Notes under the pieces: model-generated | Seen by the model: the letters and a program-made list of their open reading frames with translations, nothing else | The model's database searches: none | What the model was told of the DNA's origin: nothing | Made by a program: the position numbers and the translations under genes | In this document: in pieces, positions 50,501 to 61,100 of the stretch | How positions within the stretch are numbered: the first letter of the stretch is position 1 | Layout of the letters: every line of letters starts with the position of its first letter | Origin: a virus | Virus record (IMG/VR): IMGVR_UViG_3300028549_000507 | Span: 108,040-172,039 of that record | DNA: 64,000 bases | Direction: 5' to 3' (one strand)

Positions 50501-51975
50501 GTCGGTTTATTCTTTTCCAAAACAATAAATGCTGTAGACGTTTGTTCAACAAACGATTCTACTAATAGATAATTTCCATGAGAATAAACTCTATCGGAAA
50601 TAAGATCAATATTAATAACCTTCAATGTATCAGTAGATGAATCATATTCAAACAATCCGCGTTTTCGAGATGTCAATGTCGAATATTCAATATCATGATA
50701 ACCGCTACATGAGAAGTAAACTTTATTTCCATCAGATGCAACATTTGATGCTACGGTATTTATATCATTCTGGAAGTCCTGTACATCGTATCTATCAAAT
50801 AGATCTTTAAAAATATTATAATTTCCTTTATAGATATTTTTAACAATATACCCTTTATTTTTTAGAGATATATAGAGGAAACCATCATCTCCATAAATGG
50901 CATCATGAATAAATGTTCCGGATATAAATCCGGAAATCCTATCATTGATAGTAGTTAGGATCCCACCTTTTTCAATAAGATATATAGTCCCATTATTATT
51001 TACAATAACTACATTTTCACCATCATTACTGAAATTTATTTTGCAAGTTTCTTCATCTATGTATGGGATTACTGTTGGGTTTTTGATATCATAAAGATTA
51101 TCGCTATCATATATTATACAAATATCATTAGTTGATGGATTTTTAATATTTAAAACTACCTTAAACCCTCCGCCAGGTTTAAATGATAATCCTATAACAT
51201 TGTCGACAATCAAGTTATCTCTACATCCACTATAGTATACTAGAAAGTTTGAATCAGAAATATTAACATTCATATTTCTACTCATTATTCCACTTCTAAA
51301 ACCTTCACGCACAAGATTAAATAGTACACTTTTTTCAAAACCAACACTCATAAGAGAATCCGACAATTGTATACCATTCATATACATGAAATAAATAGCA
51401 CTTACAGTTATAATATTTCCATTATCTATATACAATGCAATTAGTTTTAAAGATTTATGTAGTTCATCTCTAACAAAGTATCTATAAGAATCACTCTTAT
51501 AACTACTAGATGATGAGTCAGTTTTATATAATCTATATTCATTTACAATATAATTATAACCGTGTCTATTATAAGTTTGATTGCTAGAATAATCTACCAA
51601 GATAGAGTCTCCGAGTAAACAATAAAATTCATAACCATCAAAACAAACACAATTCTTTTTAACAAATTGCCCAAGAGATGGGAGTGTTAATGTCGTTTTA
51701 TCTCCATCATACATTCTAACTATATCCAAATAATTATCATGCTGGTAGAAAATTCTAAGAATACCGTCATCAGATTTAACAAATCCAATAACTATTCCGT
51801 CAACCATATCAAATGATTTTGATACAGAAACATCTCCATCAGTATAATTTACTAACCCATTTTCATAAATAATACTACTATATGAATCAGTAATTATAGT
51901 ATCCAATATTTTAACATCATTACTTATATGAGAATCTAAGAGTTGAGTGTAATCTACAATCTTCTTAATATCCAT
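47578..51975 (-). CDS. large beta-rich putative tail/baseplate protein
   Basis: 1465 aa; propeller-like strand pattern; AAGGAG SD; late promoter at 52003-52014. Confidence 0.6.
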   Translation of the reverse strand: MDIKKIVDYTQLLDSHISNDVKILDTIITDSYSSIIYENGLVNYTDGDVSVSKSFDMVDGIVIGFVKSDDGILRIFYQHDNYLDIVRMYDGDKTTLTLPSLGQFVKKNCVCFDGYEFYCLLGDSILVDYSSNQTYNRHGYNYIVNEYRLYKTDSSSSSYKSDSYRYFVRDELHKSLKLIALYIDNGNIITVSAIYFMYMNGIQLSDSLMSVGFEKSVLFNLVREGFRSGIMSRNMNVNISDSNFLVYYSGCRDNLIVDNVIGLSFKPGGGFKVVLNIKNPSTNDICIIYDSDNLYDIKNPTVIPYIDEETCKINFSNDGENVVIVNNNGTIYLIEKGGILTTINDRISGFISGTFIHDAIYGDDGFLYISLKNKGYIVKNIYKGNYNIFKDLFDRYDVQDFQNDINTVASNVASDGNKVYFSCSGYHDIEYSTLTSRKRGLFEYDSSTDTLKVINIDLISDRVYSHGNYLLVESFVEQTSTAFIVLEKNKPTTMCRRLKLNLSANYVSISPTLISTTGAYYELRNSHVPSLVGTMGIKTIMTNSNGITIFYYAGSLFEFTISSNYSSVETPNMYAIQNNDASRKTILCQSKDAKGFVGDFCKLGNKVFTASLLSEFTILIKQCDNDVAPIRTLVIPDYKNIVNIKLSAYNNNLILVINNDLDNFYTLDFDLNILKNTKLDISPLLYNTNVSRSVSKSNVIINESCISGDNSITDFGGSVVFENDKCHRSTLSFIVTRNDDFIQHRTDNYIDRITNSQFNASNPNFIGFGKEDCLIEYARIDGIPHICQKYVTNNRDIVKIPFALNIGTPSPGDDQYHLVHKWFVCENHNSIVGVIFNKVNGLVVNTVSKFIYLNNKVQFMVDAGGISLDKDILFFESGINHKTPSDNICYFYSESYGPLVGMIESSGISFLNIFDGTIHNNSGIHNTLKVAYSKRFGINNLHRYMKSAPGCVEGERGLIFRDKIGVTPYNGLVLPGENIESTSVNVFPVDGEVGIFNYVSNISMDNSSYSIGTDMGIPLLKLDYDKINFCRYLVLNIEPHDNGEDLGHFLRSLYLYIETSLNSGGVQEVKVDLSSYSLYGIDNDKFTNSKTAIIDIGSIVDDALNIGDTITNLHVISVFDATSGIPFNCKLAITHSIIERDITETVPMAIDHPIVLNGYNRHHNSYNELPITHINYETSGKYLKRIIDMDLTSSRLFFKLEFSMSMIHKNFRATLIEFYGFKIDALITSSGNLSLITDINNGDFSESYDINPSWNYEIGSTEFLTLIVSYNKDTLRYDVVLKNSTGVELLRFHGGVNGELVHSKTHSVSIFNKFFGIVTNISFSDDKDLDLFIFEAMGVVNSDDGKILSFIRDFDKDNLKALVGTYDGDIVSYEINRDFTKLIAGRLNKIKYFGIDYGDVGYSENTSFKLLTVKRGGSFVNEFERIKKEAIPRVSTEVITLCGAENEPLVSCEGIPIVDSGKLVY

Positions 51976-52002
51976 TATTGAACTCCTTAAGTATTTATAA
52001 TC

Positions 52003-52014
52003 TATTAATATGTT
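52003..52014 (-). promoter_or_regulatory. late-type promoter AACA-N6-TA
   Basis: Minus strand AACA-TATTAA-TA. Confidence 0.75.
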
Positions 52015-52023
52015 TGAGTATAT

Positions 52024-52056
52024 AATAATGGACGGGAGATAATCCCGTCCATTATT
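52024..52056 (-). terminator. terminator hairpin
   Basis: AATAATGGACGGGA/TCCCGTCCATTATT inverted repeat. Confidence 0.75.
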
Positions 52057-52059
52057 TAT

Positions 52060-55000
52060 CTATCGATCATATATATGAGTATATGCAATACCCTCTTGAC
52101 CAAATGAACTTAACATATCGTCTATAAATTTAGAAAATTTAACACTGTAGATAATGTCATAATCTCCTAATGCAACTCTATCCATCTGAGTTGGCGTAGA
52201 TGATTTCAACTGTATACATTTTCTTCCAGTAGCTTCATCTATTATAGTCGAATATTCTCCGCCCAAATCTACTTTCAATAAAATATCATTAAAGAAGTTT
52301 CTTATAAATATAGATTTATCAGGCATAGTTCTACCGCTAGAAATAACTCTCTTGGAAGAATTATCCACAGTATCACTATCACAGAACATTCTAAATACAT
52401 TATTAACAGACATACTAGAAGGGTTAACCAATGTAGTATTTATTGTAAAAGTATTATTATTAGAATCACATACACACAATGTATCATCAATGATATCCAA
52501 GAAATAACCGTATGGCCCAACACCACCTAAGGATACTCTTAGAGTATCTTTTATAACATAAACGTCAAAGGTATCTGACTTTGATTTTTTCAAAACACCA
52601 GTAATATTATGTCTAACATCCGCCCCTCCTGCAGATATGGAGAATGTTCCGTACAATACTCCACAATATTGTTTGAGTTGAACAATATTAATCCCAGTGA
52701 TATAACCAAGAAAATCAATTCCGTATACACTGTTTATTGTATTAGAAATCGCAACTCTATTGATAGAATCATCCCATTTAAATTGAACAACTCTATCCAA
52801 GTATGGTATAGCATAACCATCATCAAACCAAGATATACTTTCTTTTGGAAATATAATATCATTTAGGTTATAATGAGATTGTACCGGTAGTATCATATCA
52901 TCATCTTTACCAAGCGTAAAGATTTTAATATCAAAATTATCTTTATAAATTATCGAAGGCCCACTATCAGCTCTAACCATTACTACTTTAGGATCCTGAT
53001 TAATATTGAATCTCATATTGGTATATTGACTGATAGACACTATCGGTGTAAGGTTTACACACTCGGTATAATAGTTACTCATTGCAACTATAAATTTACC
53101 AAATTTACCACAATCAACAAGTTCAAGTCTAACATTATCAGAACTATTATCCACGTTTACATATTTAAATCTTAAAAAATTACTATTTTGTATCATTTCA
53201 AAATAGCCACTTTTAGATTCTTTTAATAGTATATACTTCTTATTGTGTAAAAATACATATAAGGTATAATCTCCAACATCCAATTTAGACTTTAGAACCG
53301 AAAGAGTAGTTATTGAATTGTCAGATGATTTAAGATGTGTCACCGCCGAATTCGGAGCAGATGATACTTCATGAATAATACCTAACGAGTTCGAAACAAA
53401 CATTCCCGGATTTTCAGCACGTAAATCTCCCTCAGAAAGCATTTCTCCAAATTTAACTAAATCAGTTCCATCGAAGTTGTATATTTCAAATTTATTAGAC
53501 ACATGTACAATATATACTTTATTTCTGAATACGTCACACTTTATGTCAGCAATATACTCGGTATCTAAATCGATACGTTTAAGACTATCAAAATTTTTAC
53601 CATAGTATACGTGGTCATCTGTCATAACGTTAGAAAAAGAATCTCTAACTTTAAGTCCTATACTTTTTCTAATATCACTACGCCTAACTGTTATGAAATA
53701 TGATCCATTAAGGTAATCAACCCTTGTAACAATTCCTTTTAAATTAGGAATTTCAAGCTTACCCATAAACTTCATATCAGAATTATACATATAAACACCG
53801 GCATCGGAATTTATATATACTACTCCATTTATAATACTAACATCAACTTTCTTAGATCTATTGAAAGGAAGGTTTTCATCTGCAGATTGTGTTAAAATAT
53901 ATTCATTAAACGAATTTTCCAAAGGAATAGTTGTAACTTTAAATATATTATCACTCTCAGTTATATCATATATATTCGAATACGAATTCTTACTATATAC
54001 ATTTGTAGTTAGATCATCCATATCATCAAATGATATAACATAATGTCGATCATTAACAATAAAATATGCTGAAGGGTTTAATTTTATCCCTATAACTCGA
54101 GTATTGATAATGTCGGATGTATTATTGATTGTTATAATTTTGAAATTATCATCACTATTCATAGCAAATAATTCTACATCATTCTCAACATCATAGAAAT
54201 ATGATGTAAATGAAACTAGATTATCATATATAGGAGATATACAATCTGATCTAAGTTTGTAATGTTTTTGAGAATAATTTCCAGTTATAATAGTAGACAT
54301 ACTCTTATTTTCAACATCATTCCCACTTAATACAGTACTCAATACATATCCGACACCATACTGATCTAGGCTTGATGTATTTAATGTAACACAAGTTTTA
54401 TTCACATTCATCTCTAAATAATCTTTTACATTTATAGTGGTTTTATAATTATATCCGAACAAAATTGTATCAAAAAATAATCTATCAGTAAATGATATAT
54501 TATATATATGGTTATCAGAAATAATACTATAAACTTTTCCAAACGATAGGGATACGTGAGAATCATCATATAACGACAGTATTATATGTTGATCCAGTAC
54601 ATTGTATTCTGGCGAATTTAGTAGTGTAAGATTTTGCACTGCAACCGAATTAGGATTAGTTACAAAATCTTTATCAATAACAACCCCAACTCCACCAATA
54701 TCATCAATGTATATTTGTCTATAATAAAGTCTACCATCCGATTCCACATACATTACAAACAATTTATTATCAATATAAAAAAGCTCATACTTAGTTGTAG
54801 AATCACCAAATGCAAATAACGATTCATTCAGTAATCCAAAAGTTCTTGTCAAGACATTGAACCAAACTACTTTACGATTAACTCTATCTCTATTGTATAT
54901 CAATATTAAATTTTTGGAAGCATAATATACTACCGAAAGATTTTCGAATGGTTGAGCAACAGTATCATATTGGTAAATGATATCAAAATCATTACTATCA

Positions 55001-55611
55001 ACTAATTTTATAGTATTGGAATTTGTCAAATATACAAAGATTGATCTAGTTTCAGTTATATCGATATTTTTAACTAAGGTCAATCCTGTGCCACCGATCC
55101 AACTAATCATTCCATCAGGAGTTGAAACGTGTCCGGATCTAGTTACATATAGATTTGACAATTGTGATACATTTGCATTTTTCGTAGTAGAAGGAATCGT
55201 GCTATGGCTAAGTAAAAATTTCAAAGTCTTAAATAGATCTGTAGTTTTGGCTAGTACTAGTCCCGTCGGATCAATGTATTCTACAAAAAATGATTCTTTT
55301 CCAAATCTCTTAAAACTTATAACAAATACTCCTCGTAGTACATCGATTACCCAATTTTTACCAAAATCAAATGATATCGATAGCATTTTAGTAGGTTCAT
55401 CCAAATGTACAAACAACCCATCATCAAATTCACAATACAATTTATCAGATACAGTGGCAGTTTCCTCTGAAATTTCCGAAAGAATCCCAGATCTATTCTG
55501 ACGATTATTGGTGTATTGGAATGGGCTCTTCCCAGAATTACAATTGAAATCCTTGAGGATATTTGTAGTGTATGGTATATCTTTATATGATCTAATCACC
55601 GTAAACCTCAC
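52060..55611 (-). CDS. large beta-rich putative tail/baseplate protein
   Basis: 1183 aa; Asp-box-like SFDFGKNW and TTDLFKTL suggest a beta-propeller; exact start uncertain. Confidence 0.6.
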   Translation of the reverse strand: MRFTVIRSYKDIPYTTNILKDFNCNSGKSPFQYTNNRQNRSGILSEISEETATVSDKLYCEFDDGLFVHLDEPTKMLSISFDFGKNWVIDVLRGVFVISFKRFGKESFFVEYIDPTGLVLAKTTDLFKTLKFLLSHSTIPSTTKNANVSQLSNLYVTRSGHVSTPDGMISWIGGTGLTLVKNIDITETRSIFVYLTNSNTIKLVDSNDFDIIYQYDTVAQPFENLSVVYYASKNLILIYNRDRVNRKVVWFNVLTRTFGLLNESLFAFGDSTTKYELFYIDNKLFVMYVESDGRLYYRQIYIDDIGGVGVVIDKDFVTNPNSVAVQNLTLLNSPEYNVLDQHIILSLYDDSHVSLSFGKVYSIISDNHIYNISFTDRLFFDTILFGYNYKTTINVKDYLEMNVNKTCVTLNTSSLDQYGVGYVLSTVLSGNDVENKSMSTIITGNYSQKHYKLRSDCISPIYDNLVSFTSYFYDVENDVELFAMNSDDNFKIITINNTSDIINTRVIGIKLNPSAYFIVNDRHYVISFDDMDDLTTNVYSKNSYSNIYDITESDNIFKVTTIPLENSFNEYILTQSADENLPFNRSKKVDVSIINGVVYINSDAGVYMYNSDMKFMGKLEIPNLKGIVTRVDYLNGSYFITVRRSDIRKSIGLKVRDSFSNVMTDDHVYYGKNFDSLKRIDLDTEYIADIKCDVFRNKVYIVHVSNKFEIYNFDGTDLVKFGEMLSEGDLRAENPGMFVSNSLGIIHEVSSAPNSAVTHLKSSDNSITTLSVLKSKLDVGDYTLYVFLHNKKYILLKESKSGYFEMIQNSNFLRFKYVNVDNSSDNVRLELVDCGKFGKFIVAMSNYYTECVNLTPIVSISQYTNMRFNINQDPKVVMVRADSGPSIIYKDNFDIKIFTLGKDDDMILPVQSHYNLNDIIFPKESISWFDDGYAIPYLDRVVQFKWDDSINRVAISNTINSVYGIDFLGYITGINIVQLKQYCGVLYGTFSISAGGADVRHNITGVLKKSKSDTFDVYVIKDTLRVSLGGVGPYGYFLDIIDDTLCVCDSNNNTFTINTTLVNPSSMSVNNVFRMFCDSDTVDNSSKRVISSGRTMPDKSIFIRNFFNDILLKVDLGGEYSTIIDEATGRKCIQLKSSTPTQMDRVALGDYDIIYSVKFSKFIDDMLSSFGQEGIAYTHIYDR

Positions 55612-57256
55612 TATGACTTAAAATTTTATACTTAATTTCATCTATAGTTGTATCACCTATAGAACCATTCTCATTGATAAATACCCGACAATCGGAAGAA
55701 TTTTTCAATCTAAATTTAGAATTAATTCCATCAATAAAATCGATCTCAATGACATCGTCATTTTGAGATATAATATTATAAATTGTCTTATTAAATGTAT
55801 CTATAGTCATTACTGCTGGCCGATCTCTAACTACAACGAGATCTAATACGACACCTCTATCTGACAATTTTCTATAGCTATCAGTTTCACCATCTAATTC
55901 ATTTTTCATGATGATTTCAAATTCAACACCATATCCAATATCATCTCCAACAAGATCTAATCGTTTCCAAGTATTAAAATTACTAGGCAAAACATGATTG
56001 CTACTATCTATAATATTTTTAACAATAGAATCATCAACCAATGCAATTTTCATAGCATTCGGGAGAGTATTGTATATATTATTACCAATAAGATACACTG
56101 TTCCAACAATATTCACTGGGATATTTTTTAAAGATATTGTCAATTTTGAAGATGAATCCATACTGAATGACCCGATGTATACACGATCATCCGTACCTAT
56201 AAACAATATCTTATCTTCATAAAAGTTGATACTTTTACAATTCATAGGAAGAGTTCTTGTATCAATATATACTGATTGGGTGGTATTTTTATCGACAATT
56301 ATAGTTGTTATAGAATTATACTTAACAGTATGGGTATAGAAAATTCCATCTTTATAACTAAATTTGATATATTCATATGATACTCTAGATGCCAGAAGTA
56401 TCAATTGACCTGATGGTTTTAAGTTATATACTCCGGTAGGATCACTATATACAATATTTTCTAAATCTTCAGTGATTTGTAAAATTTCTTTGTTTATAAA
56501 TGATGAGTAATTGATATTGACGAGCTCGGCGTTCATTGTAGTTTTAGTAATCTTAACAATATTAGGAATAACGTCCGAACCAGTCAGTGTACGCATAATA
56601 CTTACATAGATAAAATCATTATCTATATATACAACTCTAGATCCAGCGATTACAAACGATCCAGAAAGCCCTAATGATGATGGTGTTATATATTTAAATT
56701 TTACAATAGAATCTATATTATGAATGATAAGTTGATTATCTTTAACATATATACTAAATGTTCCATCCTGTCCAATATGGCTATCTAACATTGTTGGAGT
56801 TGGAACTTTTGTAGAATAATCTTCTCCGGAAATTATATCATATATAGAATTAATTATAGAATCTAATCTATATTTTATAACCGATGGATTAGAAATCACG
56901 AGAGCAGTAGAAGTATTCGATCTAATTGTTTCATAACTCGTTTTCAGGAAACTATACATAAATTTTATATATGAATCAATTTTAACCAAGTGTGCAGTAT
57001 ATTCCGAATTATAAATATCCAAGGCGGTATTTACGCCATTTAACTTCGTATTAATCTCAGTAATAATAGAATCATTACTAATCTCATTTATCATTTCATA
57101 AACCGAATTACATCTAGAAAGTATTATATCACTAGTATACTTACCACTAATGGGGTCTATAGTTTCAAGTAAATCTTTCAACTGGTCAAATACTACTCGG
57201 GATAGGTATACCATATCCATCAGAGCTCTAACTTTTAGATTTATAGTTGTATCCAT
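55592..57256 (-). CDS. putative virion protein (helical N-terminus, beta-rich C-terminus)
   Basis: 554 aa; AAGGAG SD; late promoter at 57283-57294. Confidence 0.65.
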   Translation of the reverse strand: MDTTINLKVRALMDMVYLSRVVFDQLKDLLETIDPISGKYTSDIILSRCNSVYEMINEISNDSIITEINTKLNGVNTALDIYNSEYTAHLVKIDSYIKFMYSFLKTSYETIRSNTSTALVISNPSVIKYRLDSIINSIYDIISGEDYSTKVPTPTMLDSHIGQDGTFSIYVKDNQLIIHNIDSIVKFKYITPSSLGLSGSFVIAGSRVVYIDNDFIYVSIMRTLTGSDVIPNIVKITKTTMNAELVNINYSSFINKEILQITEDLENIVYSDPTGVYNLKPSGQLILLASRVSYEYIKFSYKDGIFYTHTVKYNSITTIIVDKNTTQSVYIDTRTLPMNCKSINFYEDKILFIGTDDRVYIGSFSMDSSSKLTISLKNIPVNIVGTVYLIGNNIYNTLPNAMKIALVDDSIVKNIIDSSNHVLPSNFNTWKRLDLVGDDIGYGVEFEIIMKNELDGETDSYRKLSDRGVVLDLVVVRDRPAVMTIDTFNKTIYNIISQNDDVIEIDFIDGINSKFRLKNSSDCRVFINENGSIGDTTIDEIKYKILSHSEVYGD

Positions 57257-57282
57257 TGGATCTCCTTTTTATTTTTTAACAT

Positions 57283-57294
57283 CATTAATATGTT
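57283..57294 (-). promoter_or_regulatory. late-type promoter AACA-N6-TG
   Basis: Minus strand AACA-TATTAA-TG. Confidence 0.75.
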
Positions 57295-57310
57295 TTGAGA
57301 TAAAATAAAC

Positions 57311-57329
57311 GGAGGGAATAATTCCCTCC
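57311..57329 (-). terminator. terminator hairpin
   Basis: GGAGGGAA/TTCCCTCC stem then GTTTATTTT on minus strand. Confidence 0.7.
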
Positions 57330-57338
57330 ACATATAAC

Positions 57339-58085
57339 TTATCTGTCATGAATTTCCATAGATACACTATTTTCAAATAGAACTCTTTTAGCAAGTTTAA
57401 ATCTATACCTGTTTTTTATATCATAAGTAGAATAAAAAAATGTATCAAATTTAGGACACCATTTTTTGAAACTAGGAGAGCTATGAACTATCTTAACATT
57501 TGATTTGTTAGATTTAATTTTAAACATTATGATTCTATTGACAAATATATCTAGATCATCATTATCTATAAACATTTCATACATCATCTTGCCGCCATAA
57601 ACGACAATATTGATGTCGGAAGGCTCATTTATAGGGGCTCTAGATGTCAACTTTAATGCTTCTAAAAGATCACAAGCATCACTTATAAATGTAATACGAT
57701 GTCCACTCTTTAAAATATGACTATATATTCTATTTTCTACAAATATACCTTCATTAATGTCCAACTGCATCTTGGTTATTACTTTAGGAATATCCGTTAC
57801 AAATACTATCATGTTTCTATTTTCAAATGGAGTATATCCATTTGAGTAGAATGTATTATGTCCGCAAATTATAATAGAATCCTTAGGAGTCTTATTTTTA
57901 TTCGCATTAAAATTTCTAGACTTAGTTTCAAGTGAAAATGTAGATTCTGGAGACATTATTCTCCACGGGAATGCTCCTTCAAACCCGATACCCATAGTAT
58001 CCTCATCAACGGTTACAACCATTGTTGCTTTATATTTAGTAACTGGGTTATATTTCTTTTTACCACAAAATATAGAAAACATCAT
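57339..58085 (-). CDS. dihydrofolate reductase-like protein with insertions
   Basis: VVTVDEDTMGIGFEGAFPW, IIICGHNTFYS, PFENRNMIV, VVYGGKMMY, FDTFF match DHFR motifs. Confidence 0.8.
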   Translation of the reverse strand: MMFSIFCGKKKYNPVTKYKATMVVTVDEDTMGIGFEGAFPWRIMSPESTFSLETKSRNFNANKNKTPKDSIIICGHNTFYSNGYTPFENRNMIVFVTDIPKVITKMQLDINEGIFVENRIYSHILKSGHRITFISDACDLLEALKLTSRAPINEPSDINIVVYGGKMMYEMFIDNDDLDIFVNRIIMFKIKSNKSNVKIVHSSPSFKKWCPKFDTFFYSTYDIKNRYRFKLAKRVLFENSVSMEIHDR

Positions 58086-58117
58086 TCCTCCATTATAATT
58101 TATAAATAAAACTTATA

Positions 58118-58129
58118 CAATATAATGTT
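58118..58129 (-). promoter_or_regulatory. late-type promoter AACA-N6-TG
   Basis: Minus strand AACA-TTATAT-TG. Confidence 0.7.
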
Positions 58130-58144
58130 TAACCGTTGATTAAT

Positions 58145-58173
58145 AAAAAAGAAGAGGGATTACTCCCTCTTCT
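58145..58173 (-). terminator. intrinsic terminator with GTAA loop
   Basis: Minus strand AGAAGAGGGA-GTAA-TCCCTCTTCT then T-tract. Confidence 0.85.
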
Positions 58174-58187
58174 TCTATAATATAATA

Positions 58188-61100
58188 CTACACCAATCGA
58201 CCAATCAAACTCCATTCCTTAGAGTTATCGCCAGATACATTAGCGACATCATTCGGATCTTTGTTAAGACTTGTTTTATTTGCAATAAATACATACGTAT
58301 TTACTCCATTATGTCTAATAACGTTATTACCAATATAATATGTCACAGTAGAACTCCATGTTGAAGGCGTACCTTTAACATTCCAGTCAGCACCTAACCC
58401 CATTCTAACATTGTTATACACAGATGGATCTTTAATTGTCCAGAAATTGGCAGTATACCAAACCCCGTTATAGAAAACCGTGTCACCAAGGTTGTATGGA
58501 GCACCTGCAATATAGTTAGATGTATACTTATAATTAGGAGTAAGAATACGTTCCCAGTCAGGACTTAAAGTAGATCCAACTTGCGGAATATTTCTAGTCC
58601 AATATTTAGCTCTATACACACCAAGAACTCCATCAACAATATGGAATACAATATATCTAAATCCATCAGCATATTGATACTCCACGTACTGAGTATTATT
58701 AGTTCCAGATATGGATGCCGTATTGAAATTAAAGTTAACCTGAACATTTCCAGAATTAGTTCCATTCGGAGTATATATTCCGGTAGAAATATTATGAGGA
58801 ATCATTGGTCCTATCTTAGTATATGTATTAGTGGTTGTACCACTCAATATTGTATCAAAATTTGTTTCAGGATCAATCCCTATAATATTATTTACATTTA
58901 TTCTGTATAGCCAATATCGTCCATCCCCCCCTTTTTTAATAACAAGTCCATCTGTTATCGAGTAGGTCTTGGAAGATAAATATTGGAAATCATATAATAA
59001 CTTATCATCAGTTATAACATTTACGGTAATATTTGACGTAATCGACGTTAACGTATAATCACTAACAGATCCCAAATCAATATTTGTACCATTAATATTA
59101 AGTCTAACATTCAAAATCGCTTTAGTAGTTGATACTGTTATTCTAAAATTATAATCCGAACCAGGGGTCACATTTACAGTTGTACCTGTAACTAGTACAT
59201 TTGATATATTTTTAATAGAGTAATCAGATCCACTACTACTAAATGTTATCGACACAGTCGATACCTCAAATACAACAACATATGTTACATTTGCCGTTAT
59301 ATTTGTCAAATTATCAGTATGCCCAGCAGTATTTATACCAGTCATAGCAACACCATCTTTAGTAATAGATGCAATTTTATATCCGGAATTCGGTGTAAAT
59401 ACTACACTATTACTACTACCGTGATTAACAGATCCTGTACCGGTAACTGTTCCATTTGTCAACGTTCCCGCCGAAATAGTATAAGTAGTAAGTTTAGTAT
59501 CCATACTAATACCAACGTCACCGGAAATATTAGAAAAAGTGTTATCAATAGTAGCACTTGCTAATTGGGTACCCTTGGGATTTCCATTAGCCCCCATCAA
59601 GAATAAACCTTTGGTAGACGTAACGTGATCCTTAATGTATCCGGTATTAAATTTAAACTTAGCATAGAAACTACCGCCAGCATACACTGGAATAACTCTA
59701 CAGTCATAATTTACAGAATTATAAACATGAACTCCTAATGCTCCAGAAGTTATATCAACATCGGAAGCGTCAGTCCATACTCCATTAGGATTTGTAAATA
59801 ATTTTACATTATATTTTATCTTTTCTTTAAATGCTATAGTGACTCTAAATTGACTAGAGTTTCTATAGTATATAGTATTACCGATCATATAAACGTCTCT
59901 AGTATTAGTAGAGTCGATAATTGTACCGGTAGATCCAACTCTGGCAGGGTCGGTAGAGTATTGTCTAGTCGGGGTATACTGGTGATACATTGTCACATGA
60001 TCTAACTCATAATTTGCATTAGGAGTTATTGTAAATGAAAAATAATCAATCAGATTATAATGTCTCGTAGTCTGAACCAGGCTAGTAGTTCCATTGATAA
60101 CTGAATCTGGGTAGATTGTATAATCGATACGAGCGGAAGTTGCATCTATTCTATATAAATCGTTAGTTCCTACAACAAACGTATAAGTCTTAACTCCCCA
60201 AGAATCACCAACGCTTACATCAGCAAACGCAGGACCTGACGCATCAATTGTATTTGTAATTTTTACATTTGTTACACTATAATAATCCAAATGAACAAAC
60301 GAGGGTGTCAATGTTACAGTTACAGAAGTTCCCTCTTCTATCATAATATCTTTAACAGACGGATCTTGTCCGTTAATTGTGATAGTATGCTTTTGAGTAG
60401 AATTCTCATCAATCAACAATACTCTTCGTTTAGGTATAGGAATTAATTCTTGGTTAACCGTAACGGATTCATCGGAGGTTACATTTGTAAAATCAAATGT
60501 ATATGCAGTAGTTCTTCCTCCAACAAAATCAACACGAGTTCTATTTGAAAATACTATAGATGTCATTCTAGATCCAGGAGTTGGAGCAAATGACGCAGAA
60601 AATGTATTACCAAATCTAACCGTATGAGCACCATTACTAGTACCAACACTATTTCCAGACACATTTATCGAATAATTAACTATTGCAACATCATCAGTTT
60701 CAACTAAGAACTTGCAATCTTCAATAATATTATCAACCGTAACTTTTACAAGTTTACCCGATATAGGAACTGTTTCATTCACAGGGGTATTATTCGAGTA
60801 CAATATTCTTATAACCGAATCATCCGGCCTTAACAATTTTACAGTTTTAACATATTTTGTAATCGCCGGAGAAATCGTCATCTCAGGACTATCTTCTCCA
60901 TAAAACAAATCATAGTATAGATTCGTGGGAGAAATAGAATGAGATGTAGGTGATCCCGAAACCATAGTAAGTCTAACAGGAATTTTCTCACATAATGGCA
61001 TTATAGTTTTGTTTGTAGTAATATTTATTATAGTGTGGTATATATTAGAAGTACTTACCACAATCGATCCGTCTATAAGATATCCGGTAAGTCTATACCC

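Noticed and set aside
22738..55501. Longer antisense ORFs (22738..23424, 41726..42418, 54977..55501) and other short plus-strand ORFs
   Set aside because: Entirely inside long minus-strand genes, with no SD or promoter and with composition typical of antisense frames.
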